Positions 51,808-62,809 of a stretch of DNA of 64,000 nt are shown here, one piece after another. The position numbers and the translations under genes were made by a program. How positions within the stretch are numbered: position 1 is the first letter of the stretch; every line of letters starts with the position of its first letter. Under the pieces are notes generated by a model that worked only from the letters and a program-made list of their open reading frames with translations, had not been told where the DNA came from and did not search any database. The stretch lies in assembly GCA_963782055.1 (NCBI GenBank), contig CAWAIF010000003.1, positions 928,001 to 992,000 on the forward strand, in the 5' to 3' direction. This DNA comes from an uncultured delta proteobacterium (GTDB lineage: Bacteria > Myxococcota_A > Polyangia > Polyangiales > Polyangiaceae).

Positions 51808-52323
51808 TCAGTGGCACACGTCCACGGCGTGCTCGTTCGCCGCGCACGTCGGCGCGGTGTCGGCCTGACTGCAGGAGGGGACCTCCGTCTCGGAGGCCAG
51901 GCACGCGGTCGACGAGCAGGAGCAGCTCGCGCCGAGCGGGCTCCCCTGACCGGTCACGCAGCAGTGGCCTCCGGACGGAGGCGTGCACGAGGCCGTCGAC
52001 GTCCCGTCGGCGGCGCTCGCCGTCACGCTGCACTTGCACACCAGGAGCGTCCCCGATCCGGAGGTGTAGCAGTGAGTCGTGATGGTGCAGGAGCACGCAC
52101 CCGACGCCGGGTAGTCCGCCGACGCGCAGCACACTCCGTCCCCGCCCTGGATGGCGGCGGCCGAGCACGTGGTGTCGCTGCTGCCCGCGTCGCTCGGCGC
52201 GCAGTCGCAGAACGTGCCGCTTCCGGTGCAGGTGATCGCTTGCGACGAGGTCGCGTCATTCGCGCCGCAAGCGACGGCGAGCAGCCCCCCCAAGAGTAAC
52301 CCGATCCGCCGCGTGATCATCAT
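51808..52323 (-). CDS. Cys-rich lipoprotein
   Basis: LAVAC lipobox and about 20 Cys residues. Confidence 0.75.
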   Translation of the reverse strand: MMITRRIGLLLGGLLAVACGANDATSSQAITCTGSGTFCDCAPSDAGSSDTTCSAAAIQGGDGVCCASADYPASGACSCTITTHCYTSGSGTLLVCKCSVTASAADGTSTASCTPPSGGHCCVTGQGSPLGASCSCSSTACLASETEVPSCSQADTAPTCAANEHAVDVCH

Positions 52324-52459
52324 GGTCACCCTACGGGACTCATGATGACAATGCCAGTTCGCAGCCCGGTGTTCTTCGGGATGCTCCTCGGGTTCATGCT
52401 CGCGGGCGCGGAGCGACGCACACCGCTGGTGATCCGCCCCGCGGTCGGATCACCGTGGG

Positions 52460-53023
52460 TCAGGGCCGGAGCAGCCCGTCTCTGGTCACGTCCTCGAAGA
52501 ATCGAGAGGCTGCCGCGTGGGCGGCGTTCCTCTCGCTCGGGGTGAACGCGCTGATCCACGACACTGGCAGCGCGCCCAGCCAGACGAACATGTGGCGGTT
52601 GATAGGGTACGCGTAGGACCTGAGCATCTGGCCGTTGCGGAAGACCTCGAAGATGACGTCGCAGCCGGTCTCGCCGTTGTAAAATGGAATGATCGTCAAG
52701 AAGGAGAGCGCAACGTAGCCGTAGATCTTTCCGGCGAGCGACATCTCGTGATCCCGGGTGCGGACGCGGACGAACGTGCCGGTGGCGGGGGCGTCGTACT
52801 CTTCAATCTCTCGCGCGCGTGGGAACCTCTCGCGCATGGCCGCGACGACGCCGTCGCGACCGCCGAACAGGTAGGCGCCGCGCATGACGTTGAAGCTCTG
52901 GAGGCCGTCGACCGGGGCGATGGCATCCGGAGCCGCGGGGTTGCTCATCCACGAGACGCAGCCCGTGAGGAAGAACGTGGCGAGGAGGAATGCTCCGACC
53001 GGCGCGAGCCTCTTCGGGTCCAT
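52460..53023 (-). CDS. lipoprotein/membrane protein of unknown function
   Basis: FLTGC lipobox and internal hydrophobic segment SFLTIIPFY. Confidence 0.7.
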   Translation of the reverse strand: MDPKRLAPVGAFLLATFFLTGCVSWMSNPAAPDAIAPVDGLQSFNVMRGAYLFGGRDGVVAAMRERFPRAREIEEYDAPATGTFVRVRTRDHEMSLAGKIYGYVALSFLTIIPFYNGETGCDVIFEVFRNGQMLRSYAYPINRHMFVWLGALPVSWISAFTPSERNAAHAAASRFFEDVTRDGLLRP

Positions 53024-53564
53024 GGCGGAGACCGTACATGGCTCAGCCGTGTAGATCAACATCGACAGCCGGGGACAGAGGAGTATCGGCGGTGGCCGTA
53101 GGCCGACTCATGACTCATGGGTGCTCATCCCGACTTGTACGGCACTTCGGTCCCTATCGCGCCGGCCTCCAAGGCGCACTCGATGACCTGCGCGAGTGCA
53201 AGTGCGAGTTCGCTGCCGGCCGACACAACCAGGTACCCCGCCGTTGCCCTTCTCGGGCCCTCTCTCAAGTTCTCGTCGCCTGCCTTCGAACGGCAGAGGC
53301 TGGCGCCCTGGCCGGCGAGACCCGTCGCACCGGGATCCGAATGGTGAGCGCCGGCGACACCCGGACGGCGAGTACGTTGATTGTCCTCGCCTTCCGAGGC
53401 TGCACGCGGCGATGCCATCCCCCCGTCGGGCGTCAGGCCGCGCGCGAGCCGTGCGTCGGTGGTGCAGACATCGGTCTGTATCCCCCACACGGTAGCGGGG
53501 ACGCCTCACAAACCTGGAGGCGAGCGAGTTCGACTCTCGTTGCAGTCACCACCCGCCCTCGCGC

Positions 53565-54377
53565 TCAGCCGAGGGCGAACACCCGCCGCGCGTTGCCGTC
53601 GAGGAACATCCCGCGCGCCTCGTCGTCCAGGCCCAGCGCGTCCAGGGCCTCCAGCGCCTTGTGCGGGAGGATCATGGGGTAGTTGGAGCCGAAGAGCACC
53701 TTCTTGCGGCCGCCGCCCTGCATGTAGCGCACGAGCTCCGGCGGGTAGCGCTTGCAGGTGTACGCCGAGGTGTCGATGTAGACGTTCGGGTACTTGCGGG
53801 CGAGGGCGATCATCTCCTCCGTCCACGGGTAGCCGATGTGCCCGGCCACGATGACCAGGTCGGGGAAGTCCAGCGCCACGTCGTCCAGGTACGGGATGGG
53901 CCGCCCCGGCTCGGAGGAGCGCAGCGGCCCGGTGTGCCCGGCCTGCGTGCAGAAGGGCACGCCCAGCTCCACGCACTCGGCGTAGAGCGGGTAGTAGCGC
54001 CGGTCGTTGGGTGGCAGCCCCCAGAGCCAGGGCAGCATGCGAAGTCCCTTGAAGCCCAGCTCCTTCACGCACCGCCGGAGCTCGCGGACCGCCCGCATCG
54101 GCTTGTGCAGATCGACCGACGCCACGCCGGCGAAGCGGGTGGGGTGCGCCGCCACCATGCGCGCCACCTCGTCGTTGGGGATGAGCGCGCCCTGCGGCCC
54201 GTGCCACGCCGAGAGGAGGGCGACCTCGACGCCGGCGGCGTCCATCGCGGCGAGCGTCATGTCCGCGGGGAGCTCCTCCTCGGGCACCTCCGTCCCCGTC
54301 CAGCGCAGGAGGGAGGCGAACATCTCGTCTTGCAGGAAGTGCCGTGTGGGGTGCTGGATCCAGGCGTCGATGGTCAT
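53565..54377 (-). CDS. amidohydrolase family 2 protein
   Basis: GFKGLR, GHIGYPW, NVYIDTS and VLFGSNYP. ATGA coupling to the upstream gene. Confidence 0.9.
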   Translation of the reverse strand: MTIDAWIQHPTRHFLQDEMFASLLRWTGTEVPEEELPADMTLAAMDAAGVEVALLSAWHGPQGALIPNDEVARMVAAHPTRFAGVASVDLHKPMRAVRELRRCVKELGFKGLRMLPWLWGLPPNDRRYYPLYAECVELGVPFCTQAGHTGPLRSSEPGRPIPYLDDVALDFPDLVIVAGHIGYPWTEEMIALARKYPNVYIDTSAYTCKRYPPELVRYMQGGGRKKVLFGSNYPMILPHKALEALDALGLDDEARGMFLDGNARRVFALG

Positions 54378-55486
54378 GGCTTGGCGGTGGCGACGGTGAG
54401 ATCGTCGAACCAGAAGCTCTGCGCGACGGGCGAGCCGTCGCCGATGTAGGGCAGCATCAGGAACTGGTCGAACTGCATGCTGGCGTGCGCCCCGGTGCGA
54501 AAGAGGATCTGGTCGGAGGAGAGCACCAGGTCCCCGTCCACGGCGAGCCGGATCTTGCCGTCGGGCATGCCGACACCGCCCTGGATGGAGTTGAGCGCGT
54601 AGTACGCCTCCATGTAGTGCCAGTCGTTCTTGAAGTGCGGGCCCGCGCCGTCGGTGAACCACGCCGCGCCGCCGTTGCCGCGCCAGGTGCGCGCGCTGTA
54701 CCACGGCGCGGTGTCGTTGCCGTTGACCGAGTAGCAATCACGCTGATCGAGGAAGCCCTGGAGCCCGTTGCACGAAGCGGCGGACCGGCTCTCGGTGAAC
54801 TTGTAGGACTTGAAGTCTCCGTTGCACCCCACGAAGGAGTCGTCGTTCTTCAGGACGCACGCGGGGTCGACGTTGCTCAGATCCTGGATGGCGAGGCGCG
54901 GGGAGCCGCCGCCGGCGACCCACACCACCTCGAAGTAGGTGGTGAGGTGCGTGCCCGCGGGGCCGACGTAGTCGGTGTCCTCGTTGGTCACCAGGTGCAT
55001 CATGTGGGGGTGGTACGGCTTGCCGGAGCCGACCCAGTTGCTCCCGAACTTGACCCAGACGCCGATGTAGACGCTCTGGCTCGGCGTGAACTTGTGGCGC
55101 GCGGGGGTGCCCCCCGTGCAGTTGGTGCCGCCCTTGGCGAAGGCGCACTCGAAGCTGCTGGTGCTGCCCTGGGCGTGCTCGCTCGTGACGACGCTTCCGC
55201 CGCTGGAGTCGTACCAGCCGCGCTTGGCGAACTGGGTGTCGTCGAAGTCTTCCTGGAAGAGGACGGTGCCGCCGGTCGGGATGCCGCCGGCGTCGCCGCT
55301 CGTGCCGCCGTCGGTGGGGGAGGGCGCGTCGGTCGCGGCGCCGTCGCCGGGGGTGCCGGCGTCGGGGGTGCCGGCGCCGTCGAGCGATGCGTCCGGGCCT
55401 GCGTCGGCGGTCTCGTCGGAGCCGGAGCTGCAGCCGGCGAGGAGGGCGAGCGCGAGGGCGAGGGCGGAGCAACGGAGTCGGTTCAT
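54374..55486 (-). CDS. lipoprotein with a concanavalin/polysaccharide-lyase-like beta-sandwich
   Basis: LLAGC lipobox, LFQEDFDD, WHYMEAYYALN and WFDDLTVA. Confidence 0.75.
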   Translation of the reverse strand: MNRLRCSALALALALLAGCSSGSDETADAGPDASLDGAGTPDAGTPGDGAATDAPSPTDGGTSGDAGGIPTGGTVLFQEDFDDTQFAKRGWYDSSGGSVVTSEHAQGSTSSFECAFAKGGTNCTGGTPARHKFTPSQSVYIGVWVKFGSNWVGSGKPYHPHMMHLVTNEDTDYVGPAGTHLTTYFEVVWVAGGGSPRLAIQDLSNVDPACVLKNDDSFVGCNGDFKSYKFTESRSAASCNGLQGFLDQRDCYSVNGNDTAPWYSARTWRGNGGAAWFTDGAGPHFKNDWHYMEAYYALNSIQGGVGMPDGKIRLAVDGDLVLSSDQILFRTGAHASMQFDQFLMLPYIGDGSPVAQSFWFDDLTVATAKP

Positions 55487-55548
55487 CCGATCATGGTACG
55501 AGCGGCGTCGCTGAGTTCAAACCTTCTCCGGCCGCCGCAGGAGGGCCC

Positions 55549-55578
55549 TTGATACTAGCATGCTAGCAAGCTAGTACG
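55549..55578 (+). promoter_or_regulatory. sigma-70-like promoter overlapped by a triple CTAG operator
   Basis: TTGATA-17 bp-TAGTAC, with CTAGCATG CTAGCAAG CTAGTACG at an 8-bp period. Confidence 0.65.
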
Positions 55579-55586
55579 TTCGCCGG

Positions 55587-55760
55587 ATGCCGGACGACGT
55601 GAAGCAGTTCAACGTCTACCTGCCCGCCGACCTGATCCGCGAGGTGAAGCACCACGCCGTCGAGACGGAGCAGTCGCTCTCGGCGATCGTCGCGGCGGCG
55701 CTGCGCGCTCACCTCGCCGCGCACCGGCCCAGGCGGCGCCCGCCCGGAAAGGAGAAGTGA
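55587..55760 (+). CDS. ribbon-helix-helix (CopG-like) regulator, 57 aa, absent from the ORF track
   Basis: [43 protein letters not shown] shows a beta-strand-helix-helix pattern. Confidence 0.85.
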   Translation: MPDDVKQFNVYLPADLIREVKHHAVETEQSLSAIVAAALRAHLAAHRPRRRPPGKEK

Positions 55761-55761
55761 C

Positions 55762-56118
55762 ATGAAGACCGAGGGTATCGAGGCCGTCTTCCTGACGACC
55801 CACAACTGGGGCAAGGCGGCGAAGTTCTTCCAGGCGCTCGGCTACACGCTCGAGTTCGAGACCGACCACCACTCCGGCCAGCTCCGCAACGGCGCGGGGC
55901 CGTACCTGTTCATCGCCGAGGTGCCGGAGAGCGAGCCTGCGGACGTGCGGCTCGTCATGAAGGTCGCCGACGCCGCGGCGTTCCAGCCGGATCCCGTCGT
56001 GAAGGTCCTCACGCCGTTCCAGGACACGCACTGGGGCACGAAGGAGATGACGGTGGAGGATCCGGACGGGCGCGTCTGGAGCCTCCAGGCACCTGGCAGG
56101 CCCGGCGGGGGCGCGTGA
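55762..56118 (+). CDS. VOC/glyoxalase family protein
   Basis: KFFQALGY and THWGTKEMTVEDPDG. AGGAG RBS. Confidence 0.88.
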   Translation: MKTEGIEAVFLTTHNWGKAAKFFQALGYTLEFETDHHSGQLRNGAGPYLFIAEVPESEPADVRLVMKVADAAAFQPDPVVKVLTPFQDTHWGTKEMTVEDPDGRVWSLQAPGRPGGGA

Positions 56119-56981
56119 GCGTCGTGCCGGAGGACGACACCGGGCCGGAGAGCACGGCGGCGCGGACCGCGCTGTGGCGGGCCCTGCATGTCGTGGCCGA
56201 CCCCGCGCCGCACGTCCTGGAGGACGAGCTCGGGCTCCGGCTGCTGGCGCCGGAGGACGACTGGCGCAGCCGCCCCGACATGGACGTGCGCTTCACGCGA
56301 CCCTTCCGCGCCGCGATCGTCGCGCGCGCGCGCTTCGTCGAGGACCTGGTGCTGGAACAGGCGGCGCGCGGCGTCGAGCAGTACGTCATCCTGGGAGCCG
56401 GGCTGGACACCTTCGCCCAGCGACGGCCGGAGAGCGCCTCGCGCGTGGTCGTCTTCGAGGTCGATCGACCTGGTCCTCAGGCATGGAAGCGCCGGCGTCT
56501 CGTCGAGCTGGGCCTCGGCGTCCCCTCCTCCCTGCGGCTCGTGCCCGTCGACTTCGAGGCGGGCGACGCGTGGTGGGAGCGGCTGGCGGCGCCGGGCTTC
56601 GACGCCACCAGACCCGCGGTCGTGGCCTCCGCGGGCGTCAGCATGTACCTCAGCAAGGGCGCGATCACCGCCACGCTGCGCCGCGCCGCCACGCTCGCGT
56701 CCGGCTCGACGCTGGTCATGACCTTCATGCTCCCGATCGACCGGGTGAGCCCGGAGGTGCGCGCCGGAATGGCCCGCGCGATGGAAGGTGCGCGCGCGAG
56801 CGGCACGCCGTTCGCCAGCTTCTTCACCCCGGAGGAGATGCTTGCGCTCGCGCGCGAGGCCGGCTTCCGGGACGTCGAGCACGTGTCCTCCGGCGCGATG
56901 GGGGAGCGCTACTTCGCGGGCAGGACCGACGGTCTTCGCCCGCCGGGCGCGTCGGAGGAGCTGCTGATCGCCCGGACGTGA
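56115..56981 (+). CDS. class I SAM-dependent methyltransferase (LCM-like)
   Basis: TALWRA, QYVILGAGLDT, FEVD and GVSMYL. Confidence 0.9.
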   Translation: MSVVPEDDTGPESTAARTALWRALHVVADPAPHVLEDELGLRLLAPEDDWRSRPDMDVRFTRPFRAAIVARARFVEDLVLEQAARGVEQYVILGAGLDTFAQRRPESASRVVVFEVDRPGPQAWKRRRLVELGLGVPSSLRLVPVDFEAGDAWWERLAAPGFDATRPAVVASAGVSMYLSKGAITATLRRAATLASGSTLVMTFMLPIDRVSPEVRAGMARAMEGARASGTPFASFFTPEEMLALAREAGFRDVEHVSSGAMGERYFAGRTDGLRPPGASEELLIART

Positions 56982-56999
56982 CGGCGCGGTCCCGCGGGG

Positions 57000-57033
57000 T
57001 GTCCCCGGGACAGGTCGAAACTGTCCCCGGACA
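57000..57033. promoter_or_regulatory. tandem palindromic sites TGTCC-N3/N2-GGACA (candidate enhancer)
   Basis: tgtccccgggaca at 57000 and tgtccccggaca at 57022. Confidence 0.75.
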
Positions 57034-57076
57034 CCCCGCGTCGCGCCGCCACCGCGGAAAACGCCTGACTTCGCGC

Positions 57077-57092
57077 CGGCACGCGCCTCGCA
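57077..57092 (+). promoter_or_regulatory. sigma-54 -24/-12 promoter of comM-recA
   Basis: CGGCACGcgccTCGCA (GG-N10-GC), near-identical to 38637-38652. Confidence 0.72.
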
Positions 57093-57105
57093 ATGAGGGT
57101 CGGTC

Positions 57106-58653
57106 ATGCTGGCCACCGCCCTCAGCGCAAGTCTCCTCGGTCTGGATGCGTCGCCCGTTCGGGTGGAGGTCCAGGCGATGCGAGGCGTCCCCTCCTTCGA
57201 GATCGTCGGCCTCGCCGAGGCGTCGGTCCGCGAGAGCCGCGTGCGCGTCAAGAGCGCGCTCGCCGTGCTCGGGGTGGACCTGTCGGAGTACCGCATCATC
57301 GTCAACCTAGCGCCGGCGGACGTGCGCAAGTTCGGGACGGGGTTCGACGTCGCCATCGCCGCCGCCACCCTCGCCGCGCTGCGCGTCGTCCCGCTGGAGT
57401 CGCTGGAGGGGCTGCTGCTCCTGGGTGAGCTCGCGCTCGGCGGCAGCGTCCACACCGTGCGCGGCGTGCTCCCCAAGCTGCTCGGCGCGCGCAAGCGCGG
57501 CCTGCGCCGGGCCGTCGTGCCGGAGGGCAACCAGGCAGAGGGCGCGCTCGTCACCGGTCTGGACGTGCGCACCATGGGCTCGCTGGCCAATCTGCTCGGC
57601 GCCCTCCGCGGTGAGCACGCGCTCCCCCGGGCGATCCCCGGGCCGGAGCCGGAGGAGGCGCTCGCCGGCCTGGCGGACCTGGCGGACGTGCGCGGTCAGG
57701 CCTCCGCCCGTCGCGCGCTGGAGGTGTGCGCCGCCGGCGGCCACAACCTGCTGATGATCGGCCCGCCCGGCGCCGGCAAGACGATGCTCGCGCGCCGGCT
57801 GCCCAGCCTCCTGCCGCTCCTCTCCCCTGCGGAGTCGCTGGAGGTCACGGCCATCCACAGCGTGGCGGGCGCGCTCATGCAGACGCAGACGCTCCATCGG
57901 CTGCGCCCCTTCCGCGCGCCGCACCACACGGTGAGCGAGGTGGGGCTCGTCGGCGGGGGAGACTCGCCGCGCCCGGGGGAGGTGAGCCTCGCCCACCACG
58001 GCGTCCTCTTCCTGGACGAGCTGCCGGAGTTCCGGCGCGCGGCGCTGGAGTCGCTGCGCCAGCCGCTGGAGGACGGGACGGTCACCGTCTCGCGCGCGCT
58101 CGGCCGCGCCACCTTCCCCGCCCGGCCGATGGTCGTCGCCGCGATGAACCCGTGCCCGTGCGGTTACCTGGCGGACGGCACCGGCCGCTGCGGCTGCCCG
58201 CCGGAGCGCGTGCGCATGTACCGCTCGCGCCTGAGCGGCCCGCTGCTGGATCGCATCGACGTCCACGTCGCGCTGCCGCCGGTCTCGGTCTCGGCCCTGC
58301 AGCACCAGACCCACGGCGAGTGCTCCGCCGTGGTGCGCGCCCGGGTGGAGCGCGCGAGGGAGGCGCAGAGCGACCGCGCTCGCCGCAAGGAGGCGAGCGG
58401 GTGGCTCAACTCCGCCCTCTCCCCGCACGACGTGGAGAAGCTCGCGGCCCTCTGTCCACACGGAGAGCGGCTGCTCTCCGCGGCGGTGCAGCGCCTCGGC
58501 CTGTCCGCCCGGGCGTACGGCAAGGTGCTGCGCGTCGCGCGCACCATCGCCGACCTGGACGGCAAGGAGGCGCTCGGCCCGGAGCACGTGGCGGAGGCGA
58601 TCTCCCTGCGCGTGCTGGACCGCCACGCCCACCCCGGAGTGCGGGCCGCATGA
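57106..58653 (+). CDS. comM: ComM/YifB Mg-chelatase-like AAA+ helicase
   Basis: [50 protein letters not shown] and GPLLDRID. Confidence 0.95.
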   Translation: MLATALSASLLGLDASPVRVEVQAMRGVPSFEIVGLAEASVRESRVRVKSALAVLGVDLSEYRIIVNLAPADVRKFGTGFDVAIAAATLAALRVVPLESLEGLLLLGELALGGSVHTVRGVLPKLLGARKRGLRRAVVPEGNQAEGALVTGLDVRTMGSLANLLGALRGEHALPRAIPGPEPEEALAGLADLADVRGQASARRALEVCAAGGHNLLMIGPPGAGKTMLARRLPSLLPLLSPAESLEVTAIHSVAGALMQTQTLHRLRPFRAPHHTVSEVGLVGGGDSPRPGEVSLAHHGVLFLDELPEFRRAALESLRQPLEDGTVTVSRALGRATFPARPMVVAAMNPCPCGYLADGTGRCGCPPERVRMYRSRLSGPLLDRIDVHVALPPVSVSALQHQTHGECSAVVRARVERAREAQSDRARRKEASGWLNSALSPHDVEKLAALCPHGERLLSAAVQRLGLSARAYGKVLRVARTIADLDGKEALGPEHVAEAISLRVLDRHAHPGVRAA

Positions 58654-58751
58654 GGCGCGGTCGCAAGTCCGGCGCCGGACCGAAGGATCAGCGCGGCGCG
58701 CCCCGAGCCGCGCACCACTCTCGCGGGGCATTGCACACCAAGGAGAAGGTC

Positions 58752-59783
<1,032 letters not shown>

Positions 59784-59810
59784 GCCGCGCTCGCGTCGGG
59801 TGGCGGCGAA

Positions 59811-59849
59811 CCCCCGCGGGACCGGATACTCCCCCCGGTCCCGCGGGGG
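59811..59849. terminator. perfect 15-bp hairpin between convergent recA and hydrolase genes
   Basis: cccccgcgggaccgg-9 nt-ccggtcccgcggggg with no U-tract. Confidence 0.65.
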
Positions 59850-59871
59850 ACCGTGCCTCCAACCTGCAGCG

Positions 59872-60843
59872 CTAGCCTCGCGGCGCAGGAATGGACGCGT
59901 GCGCGGGCGGCGCCTCCCGTTCCCGCTCCGGCGCCGCCACCCGCCGGGGAGGGAGCTCCGGTCCGGCGAGGAAGGTGTCCACCTCCTGCGCCAGCGCCTC
60001 GGGCACCTCGTTCGCGAGGGAGTGGCGCGCGTCGCGGAAGACGTGAAGCCGCGCGCGCGGGAGCATCTTCACCAGGCGCTTGACCCCCGCGCCCATGCCC
60101 AGGCCGTGATCCTGATCGCCCCAGAGCAGGAGCGTCGGCTGGGCGATCTGGTGGGCGATGGGGAACAGGGAGGTGAGCACCTGCTCGCGCCCGAGCTCGA
60201 AGTACATGCGCACGAAGGCGCGACCGTGCACCTCGCGGAAGTGGGCGAAGGCCTCGCGCAGGGCGTTCTCCCGGCCGGGCCAGCGCGGGTGGTACCAGAA
60301 GCGCGACTGGATCCACACCATGGGCCAGAACATGACGCGGTTGCCGAGCAGGCGGCCGATGAGGGCCAGCCCGTGCTTCGGCTCCCACACGCCGGCAGGC
60401 GCCCAGGCGGCGAGGCGGCGGAAGCGCTCCGGCTCGCGGTGACCGAGGCGGAGGGTGAGGTTTCCCCCCAGGCTCCCGCCCGCGACGTGGGCCTCGTGGA
60501 TCTGCAGGTGATCCAGGAGGCCGAGCACCGCGTCCTCCATGAAGGTGAGGGTATAGGGCCTGTCCGGCTTGTCGGAGTAACCGTTACCCGGCAAGTCCAG
60601 CACGATGACCCGGCGGCGGGCGCCCAGCACGGGCACCAGCTCCTCGTACTCCTCGATGCGGGAGGCGAGCCCGTGGAGCAGAACGACCGGCGGCTGCTCG
60701 CTCTCGGTGCCGGGTGGCACGTCGATGTAGCGGACCCGGACCCCGCCGGCGACTTCTGCGTCGCGCTGGGGGTAGCGCGTGGAACGGACGCGCCCGGGTC
60801 GCCTCATCTCCTTAACTTGGGGACTAGACCGCGCGCGCGCCAC
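59872..60843 (-). CDS. alpha/beta hydrolase
   Basis: VLLHG, DLPGNGYS, GGSLGG nucleophile, WGDQD and RH. The start is uncertain. Confidence 0.9.
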   Translation of the reverse strand: MARARSSPQVKEMRRPGRVRSTRYPQRDAEVAGGVRVRYIDVPPGTESEQPPVVLLHGLASRIEEYEELVPVLGARRRVIVLDLPGNGYSDKPDRPYTLTFMEDAVLGLLDHLQIHEAHVAGGSLGGNLTLRLGHREPERFRRLAAWAPAGVWEPKHGLALIGRLLGNRVMFWPMVWIQSRFWYHPRWPGRENALREAFAHFREVHGRAFVRMYFELGREQVLTSLFPIAHQIAQPTLLLWGDQDHGLGMGAGVKRLVKMLPRARLHVFRDARHSLANEVPEALAQEVDTFLAGPELPPRRVAAPEREREAPPAHASIPAPRG

Positions 60844-60952
60844 TCATGACGTGCGTGTCATGTCGCTTTGCGCGAAGCGCGGCGGCTCGCCGCGCACGCG
60901 ATTCGTCGCCGAGGCCTGCGCGCTCGGGCTCCGGGCGCGCTAAGCTCAGGAG

Positions 60953-61375
60953 ATGGTGCGCAGTCTCCGCTGGCTCGTCCTCGTCGCCGTCTCCGGTTGC
61001 GGCAGTCCTGGCTGGACCTCCACCTTCGACGGGACGGCGGTCCGGACGAACTCCTCCCACGGCTGCGACCCCATCGGCTCGGTGCGCCCGCCGCCTCCGA
61101 TCACCGTGACCTTCCCGGATGCAGGCGGCGGCAGCCGCGCCGTTCACGTGGTGTCGGGTGGGGCCTCGTGCGACATGAGGATCGACAGCTCCGACTACAA
61201 CGTGAGCTTCGTGAGCGACGCCATCCCGTGTGGGTCGCTGCTTGCGCCCCAGCCGCCGACGACCGGGCAGGCCACGATCGAGGGCGGCGACTCCCCCACG
61301 CACATCGTGTTCGCGTGGGCGTACCTCGGACCGGGCTGCTCGGTCACCGACGACTACACCCTCCAGGGGAAGTGA
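60953..61375 (+). CDS. small lipoprotein
   Basis: AGGAG RBS and VSGC lipobox. Confidence 0.7.
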   Translation: MVRSLRWLVLVAVSGCGSPGWTSTFDGTAVRTNSSHGCDPIGSVRPPPPITVTFPDAGGGSRAVHVVSGGASCDMRIDSSDYNVSFVSDAIPCGSLLAPQPPTTGQATIEGGDSPTHIVFAWAYLGPGCSVTDDYTLQGK

Positions 61376-61459
61376 CGCTCGGCGGATCGTCAGCGTGCTT
61401 GCGGTCCGGCGATTGCCGGTACGCCGGCGGTGTGGCCCGCCCGCCGGCAGCCCGCCCGC

Positions 61460-62809
61460 TCACCCGGCCAGCGGCTCCCGGCACTTCTCCGGCAGGCTGG
61501 AGGTCTCCTTCGAGCGGTCCAGCGCCACCTTGAAGACGACCGGCCCGACCAGCTGATTGAGCGCCACGGTCGCGATCACCAGCGACCTGAAGGAGGCGCC
61601 GAAGCTGGGGTTCTCGCGGTCGATGTTGGCGGCGATGCCCAGCGCCACGCCGGCCTGCGACACCAGCGCCGACCAGCCCCAGCGGGAGAGCACCGGCGGG
61701 TCGCGCGCGAGCCGCGCCCCCAGCGCGTTGAGGCCCACGGTGACCGCGAAGCGCGCGACGAAGAGGATGAGCGCCACCGCCCAGAGCGGCCGCAGGAGCG
61801 GGAGGTCGAGCTGCGCCCCGGCGATGGCGAAGAAGCTGACGTACACGACGCTCCCCATGTCCTCGATGGCGCCGAGGAACCTCTCGCCCTGCCTGGAGAG
61901 GTTCTGCACCAGGAAGCCGGCGACGAGAAAGGTGAGCAGCGGCTCGAAGCGCAGGTAGTTGATGACCTCGGTGAAGCCGAAGCCGAGCGCGAGGAGCACC
62001 ACCAAGAACTGGCGCCGGACGAAGCGCAGGTAGGCGACGATGACCAGGCCGAGGGTGGTGCCGATGGAGACGCTGCCGAGGACCTCGTGCCAGAGGATCT
62101 CGAACTCGGCGGTGGAGAGGCTGGCGCCTGGCTCGAGCAGCGGCCGGACGAAGGTCATCACCGCCGCCGCGACGACGATGACGACGACGTCGGAGGTCAT
62201 GACGAAGGCGAGGGAGAAGCGGGTGAGCGGCCCGCGCGCGCGCGTCTGCGAGAGGATGCCCAGGGTGGCCGCGGGGCTGCGGGTGATCGACATGACACCC
62301 CAGAGCAGCGCCACACCCGCGACGAAGGCGACCGGGCGATCGTGCATGAAGGGCATCAGCGGGGAGGCGGCGGCGAAGACGAGGGCGGTGCCCACGATGC
62401 CGAGCACGCTCTGCACGCCCGTCGCGACGAGCAGGCTGCGGAAGCCCTGGCGCACCAGGTCGAGCTTGAGCTCCGCGCCGCCGGCGAAGGCGATGAGCGC
62501 GAGGGCGAGGGTGTCGACGGGGCGCAGCGCGTCGACCGTGTGCCTGTCGACGAGGCCGAGGACGTACGGGCCGGCGAGCACGCCCACAGCCAGGTACGCG
62601 GTGAGGTGCGGGACGCCCAGCGGCTCCAGGAGCTCGCCGAAGAGCGTGCCGGCGGTGAGGAAGAAGCCGAGCGCCGAGATGGTGGAGACGTCGGCCTGGC
62701 CGTCGAGGCGCAGGTGCCTCGCGCCGTACAGGACGCCGAAGCACACCAGGAGCGCCGCGAGCTGGATGATCCTCGTGCCGCCGGCGGCGGGACGCGCCGT
62801 CGCGCTCAC
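61460..62809 (-). CDS. cation:proton antiporter
   Basis: YLAVGVLAGP, IAFAGGAEL, FFAIAGAQL and SQAGVALG. GTGA coupling. Confidence 0.85.
   Translation of the reverse strand: MSATARPAAGGTRIIQLAALLVCFGVLYGARHLRLDGQADVSTISALGFFLTAGTLFGELLEPLGVPHLTAYLAVGVLAGPYVLGLVDRHTVDALRPVDTLALALIAFAGGAELKLDLVRQGFRSLLVATGVQSVLGIVGTALVFAAASPLMPFMHDRPVAFVAGVALLWGVMSITRSPAATLGILSQTRARGPLTRFSLAFVMTSDVVVIVVAAAVMTFVRPLLEPGASLSTAEFEILWHEVLGSVSIGTTLGLVIVAYLRFVRRQFLVVLLALGFGFTEVINYLRFEPLLTFLVAGFLVQNLSRQGERFLGAIEDMGSVVYVSFFAIAGAQLDLPLLRPLWAVALILFVARFAVTVGLNALGARLARDPPVLSRWGWSALVSQAGVALGIAANIDRENPSFGASFRSLVIATVALNQLVGPVVFKVALDRSKETSSLPEKCREPLAG

Noticed and set aside
58654..58751. LexA/SOS box upstream of recA
   Set aside because: No match seen to the Myxococcus-type or E. 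coli-type box.
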